The notes below the pieces were generated by a model that was not told the origin of the DNA, did no database searches, and saw only the letters and a program-made list of their open reading frames with translations. From assembly GCA_048882045.1 (NCBI GenBank), contig JBHLRZ010000007.1:32001-96000 (forward strand): 64,000 nucleotides of DNA. Reading direction: 5' to 3'. The position numbers were made by a program, and so were the translations under genes. Each line of letters begins with the position of its first letter. Position 1 is the stretch's first letter. Below are positions 61,749-64,000 of this stretch, one piece after another. The DNA is from Candidatus Thorarchaeota archaeon (lineage in GTDB: Archaea > Asgardarchaeota > Thorarchaeia > Thorarchaeales > Thorarchaeaceae).

Positions 61749-62939
61749 ATGAATAAACGAATTACAGTTACTCTGGCAATAATTCTAGCCATCTTATGTA
61801 CTGTTCAGATGATTCCGACACATGCACAAACTGAGATAGTTAGAGACTACTGGCCTACAGACGAATGGCGGGTCACGACGCCAGAAGAACAAGGGCTCGA
61901 CTTCAACACGCTCAACCGTATTGATGAAGTGATAGATGAGAATGACATAGAAGTCGACTCAGTCATAATTGTGAAAGGTGGATACATTGTCTATGAGAAA
62001 TACTACAATTACTGGACCCAGTACATGGCACATACTATCCAGTCATGCACAAAGAGTTTCATGTCGGCGCTCATCGGGATAGCCATAGACAAGGGATACA
62101 TCAACAATGTGAGTCAACCGATTCTCGATTTCTTCCCAAACTATACTATTGACAACTGGGACTCAAGAAAGGAGAACATCACACTCTTCCATTGCATAAC
62201 CATGTCAACAGGACTAGAATTTCATGAGGTCGACATTCCCTATGAAGACCCTGCAAATGACCTCTTTGAGATGTATCGAAGGCCGGACATGTGGGAATAT
62301 GTTCTGGACAGACCCATGCAGTATGATCCTGGTACACACTGGTCATATAACTCAGGAGGCATAGAGCTTCTCGGAGGAGTCATCGAACAGGCAACAGGTT
62401 ACAGTGTGGCAGACTTCGCAGAGGAGTTCTTGTTTGATCCCATTGGAATTGATTACTTCAGTTGGTGGACAGTGCCTGCAAGTGGTCAATATGGATGTGG
62501 AGGAGGCCTCCACCTACAGCCCAGAGATATGGCTCGCTTTGGATACCTCTATCTCAATGAAGGAAACTGGAATGGAACTCAAGTTGTTTCATTAGAATGG
62601 GTGAACGAATCAACTCAGATGTATTTTGACACTGGAGGGTGGTATCAATACGGATACACTTGGTGGGGTGTTCCTGAACAACCATTCTACGAAGCAACAG
62701 GACACTACGAACAGAAAATCTACATACTTCCTGAACAGGACATTGTCTGTGTTTTCACAGGTGATATCGCAGATGAGGACTGGCACCCTACGGACCATTT
62801 CGTGATGGAGTACGTTCTCAATGCAGATGTTGGTGAAAACAGTAGAGGAAATAACCTGCTACTGGTGAACATAGTAATCCTAGCACTACTAGTTGCGCCG
62901 ATGCCATATTTCTTGCTAAGGCATAAGCTCCGAAGGTGA
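61749..62939 (+). CDS. Membrane-anchored serine hydrolase, paralog
   Basis: MNKR signal peptide from ATG 61749; RDYWPTDEWR, SCTK, YNS, C-terminal TM. Confidence 0.9.
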   Translation: MNKRITVTLAIILAILCTVQMIPTHAQTEIVRDYWPTDEWRVTTPEEQGLDFNTLNRIDEVIDENDIEVDSVIIVKGGYIVYEKYYNYWTQYMAHTIQSCTKSFMSALIGIAIDKGYINNVSQPILDFFPNYTIDNWDSRKENITLFHCITMSTGLEFHEVDIPYEDPANDLFEMYRRPDMWEYVLDRPMQYDPGTHWSYNSGGIELLGGVIEQATGYSVADFAEEFLFDPIGIDYFSWWTVPASGQYGCGGGLHLQPRDMARFGYLYLNEGNWNGTQVVSLEWVNESTQMYFDTGGWYQYGYTWWGVPEQPFYEATGHYEQKIYILPEQDIVCVFTGDIADEDWHPTDHFVMEYVLNADVGENSRGNNLLLVNIVILALLVAPMPYFLLRHKLRR

Positions 62940-63560
62940 AGAATCAGTTTGATGTTGACGTTTCTGAGTGTAGTATGAAACGAGTCCTACGAAGACTAAT
63001 GCACTGAAGACAGTGAACCACTCGACTAGAGGACCTCCAAAGGAAATTACAAACACAAGACTAAGTACTGTAATCAGCAGACCGTAGAGGGCTGTCGGTT
63101 TTGAGAATCTAGGATGAATCAGCAATGCTAAACAGATCAGGATGAGAGTAAAGAAGTTCAGTATAAAGAAGATTGATGATGCTTGCATATGAGGATCTCC
63201 AAGGTTCTCAGAAAAGACACCAATCATGATCAGTGCAACAGCAGATGCAATGCCAACTAGTTGACCAATCATGAGGATATACTTGGCTGCAATCCGACTA
63301 TCAGTGTACCAGTCCCTCAGTCCTATGAAGAAAGGAACAAGAGCGATACCAGTCAGTATACAGCCCCAATTGTAGAAATATGCACCAATGGGGTTGTTGT
63401 TGAAATTACCAAGACGGCTGAGATAATGTGTTGCAGGCCCATATGGGTCTGGGTAAAGAGCCCATGAAATCATTGTGAAACCACAATATAGTACGATAAC
63501 CAGAATCCCACTCAGAGTTGACAATGGCTTTCGTGTAGGTATTTCCATCATCTTTCTCAA
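62916..63560 (-). CDS. DUF998-like membrane protein
   Basis: YLSRLG, IGVFSE...H, EW; about six TM segments. Confidence 0.7.
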   Translation of the reverse strand: MRKMMEIPTRKPLSTLSGILVIVLYCGFTMISWALYPDPYGPATHYLSRLGNFNNNPIGAYFYNWGCILTGIALVPFFIGLRDWYTDSRIAAKYILMIGQLVGIASAVALIMIGVFSENLGDPHMQASSIFFILNFFTLILICLALLIHPRFSKPTALYGLLITVLSLVFVISFGGPLVEWFTVFSALVFVGLVSYYTQKRQHQTDSSPSELMP

Positions 63561-63635
63561 CTTACATCATATGATATCCATCTCTTATGGATACTGGTTG
63601 AAGGAATAACAATAATTCTCTCTAAGGTGAATCAT

Positions 63636-63682
63636 GAATAGAAAAAGAGAGAAACACGGGTCCTGTCAAAAAAGGGACCCGT
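63636..63682 (-). terminator. Stem-loop plus pyrimidine tract after ssb
   Basis: ACGGGTCC-N11-GGACCCGT (63656-63682) followed on the minus strand by TTTCTCTCTTTTTC. Confidence 0.65.
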
Positions 63683-63705
63683 TTCATAATTTAATTTTGA
63701 ATGAA

Positions 63706-63999
63706 TCAGTATCTGCGACGCCTGTCGCGGTTGCCGTAGCCGCCGCCACCACCACGTCGATCTCTGCGGTCTCGGCCACCATAGCCACCACCGCCACCGC
63801 CATAGCCACCGCCGCCACCACCGTAGCCGCCACCTCCGCCGTATCCACGACCTCCACCACCGCCATAGCTTCTGCGGCGTCGAGTGTCCTCGTGCTCTTC
63901 GGCGCTCATGTCGACTTCTTCGTTGATTTCATCAATGGCCTCCTCAGCCTCAGCAATCTCACCGTACTTGCCGATGTTAAGTCTGAGGTTGTTACGGAA
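63706..63999 (-). CDS. ssb: Single-OB-fold single-stranded DNA-binding protein, C-terminal part (partial)
   Basis: The frame stays open to the window edge: FRNNLRLNIGKYGEI (last OB strands of TACK-type SSB), acidic linker, Gly/Tyr/Arg tail. Confidence 0.7.
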   Translation of the reverse strand, partial: FRNNLRLNIGKYGEIAEAEEAIDEINEEVDMSAEEHEDTRRRRSYGGGGGRGYGGGGGYGGGGGGYGGGGGGYGGRDRRDRRGGGGGYGNRDRRRRY

Positions 64000-64000
64000 G

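Noticed and set aside
63720-63870. GCC/ACC-rich repeat as a microsatellite
   Set aside because: It encodes the Gly-rich SSB tail with synonymous variation

Overview
This is chromosomal DNA from an archaeon, most likely an Asgard archaeon (Thorarchaeia-like). The taxonomy is inferred from four Rab-like small GTPases, an Asgard-type Zn-ribbon protein, moderate GC and frequent GTG/TTG starts. I saw no rRNA, tRNA, CRISPR array or transposase. Most of the window is accessory or metabolic genes: tandem M29 aminopeptidases, a beta-oxidation operon with an SCP2 lipid carrier, transporters, YcaQ, a QueG-like protein and a multicopper oxidase. Two loci stand out. (1) A metal island at 26.7-36.3 kb holds CopA, a PadR-TRASH regulator, three stand-alone YHS/TRASH mini-proteins (two absent from the ORF track), a LonC-type protease, a Nif3-like protein, a ubiquitin-like SAMP/MoaD protein and an FTR1 permease. 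All four of its promoter regions carry GATATATC boxes phased at 14 bp, which suggests an undescribed metal-responsive regulon. (2) A tandem pair of effector-less NB-ARC/STAND-TPR (NLR-like) genes at 48.5-55.1 kb has conserved NTPase halves, divergent AT-richer TPR halves, a duplicated upstream box and apparent orphan C-terminal relics on both sides. Also notable: a hydrolase cassette flanked by 13-bp direct repeats, an A-B-B'-A' serine-hydrolase/membrane-protein operon, and an SSB with a Gly/Arg/Tyr-rich tail.
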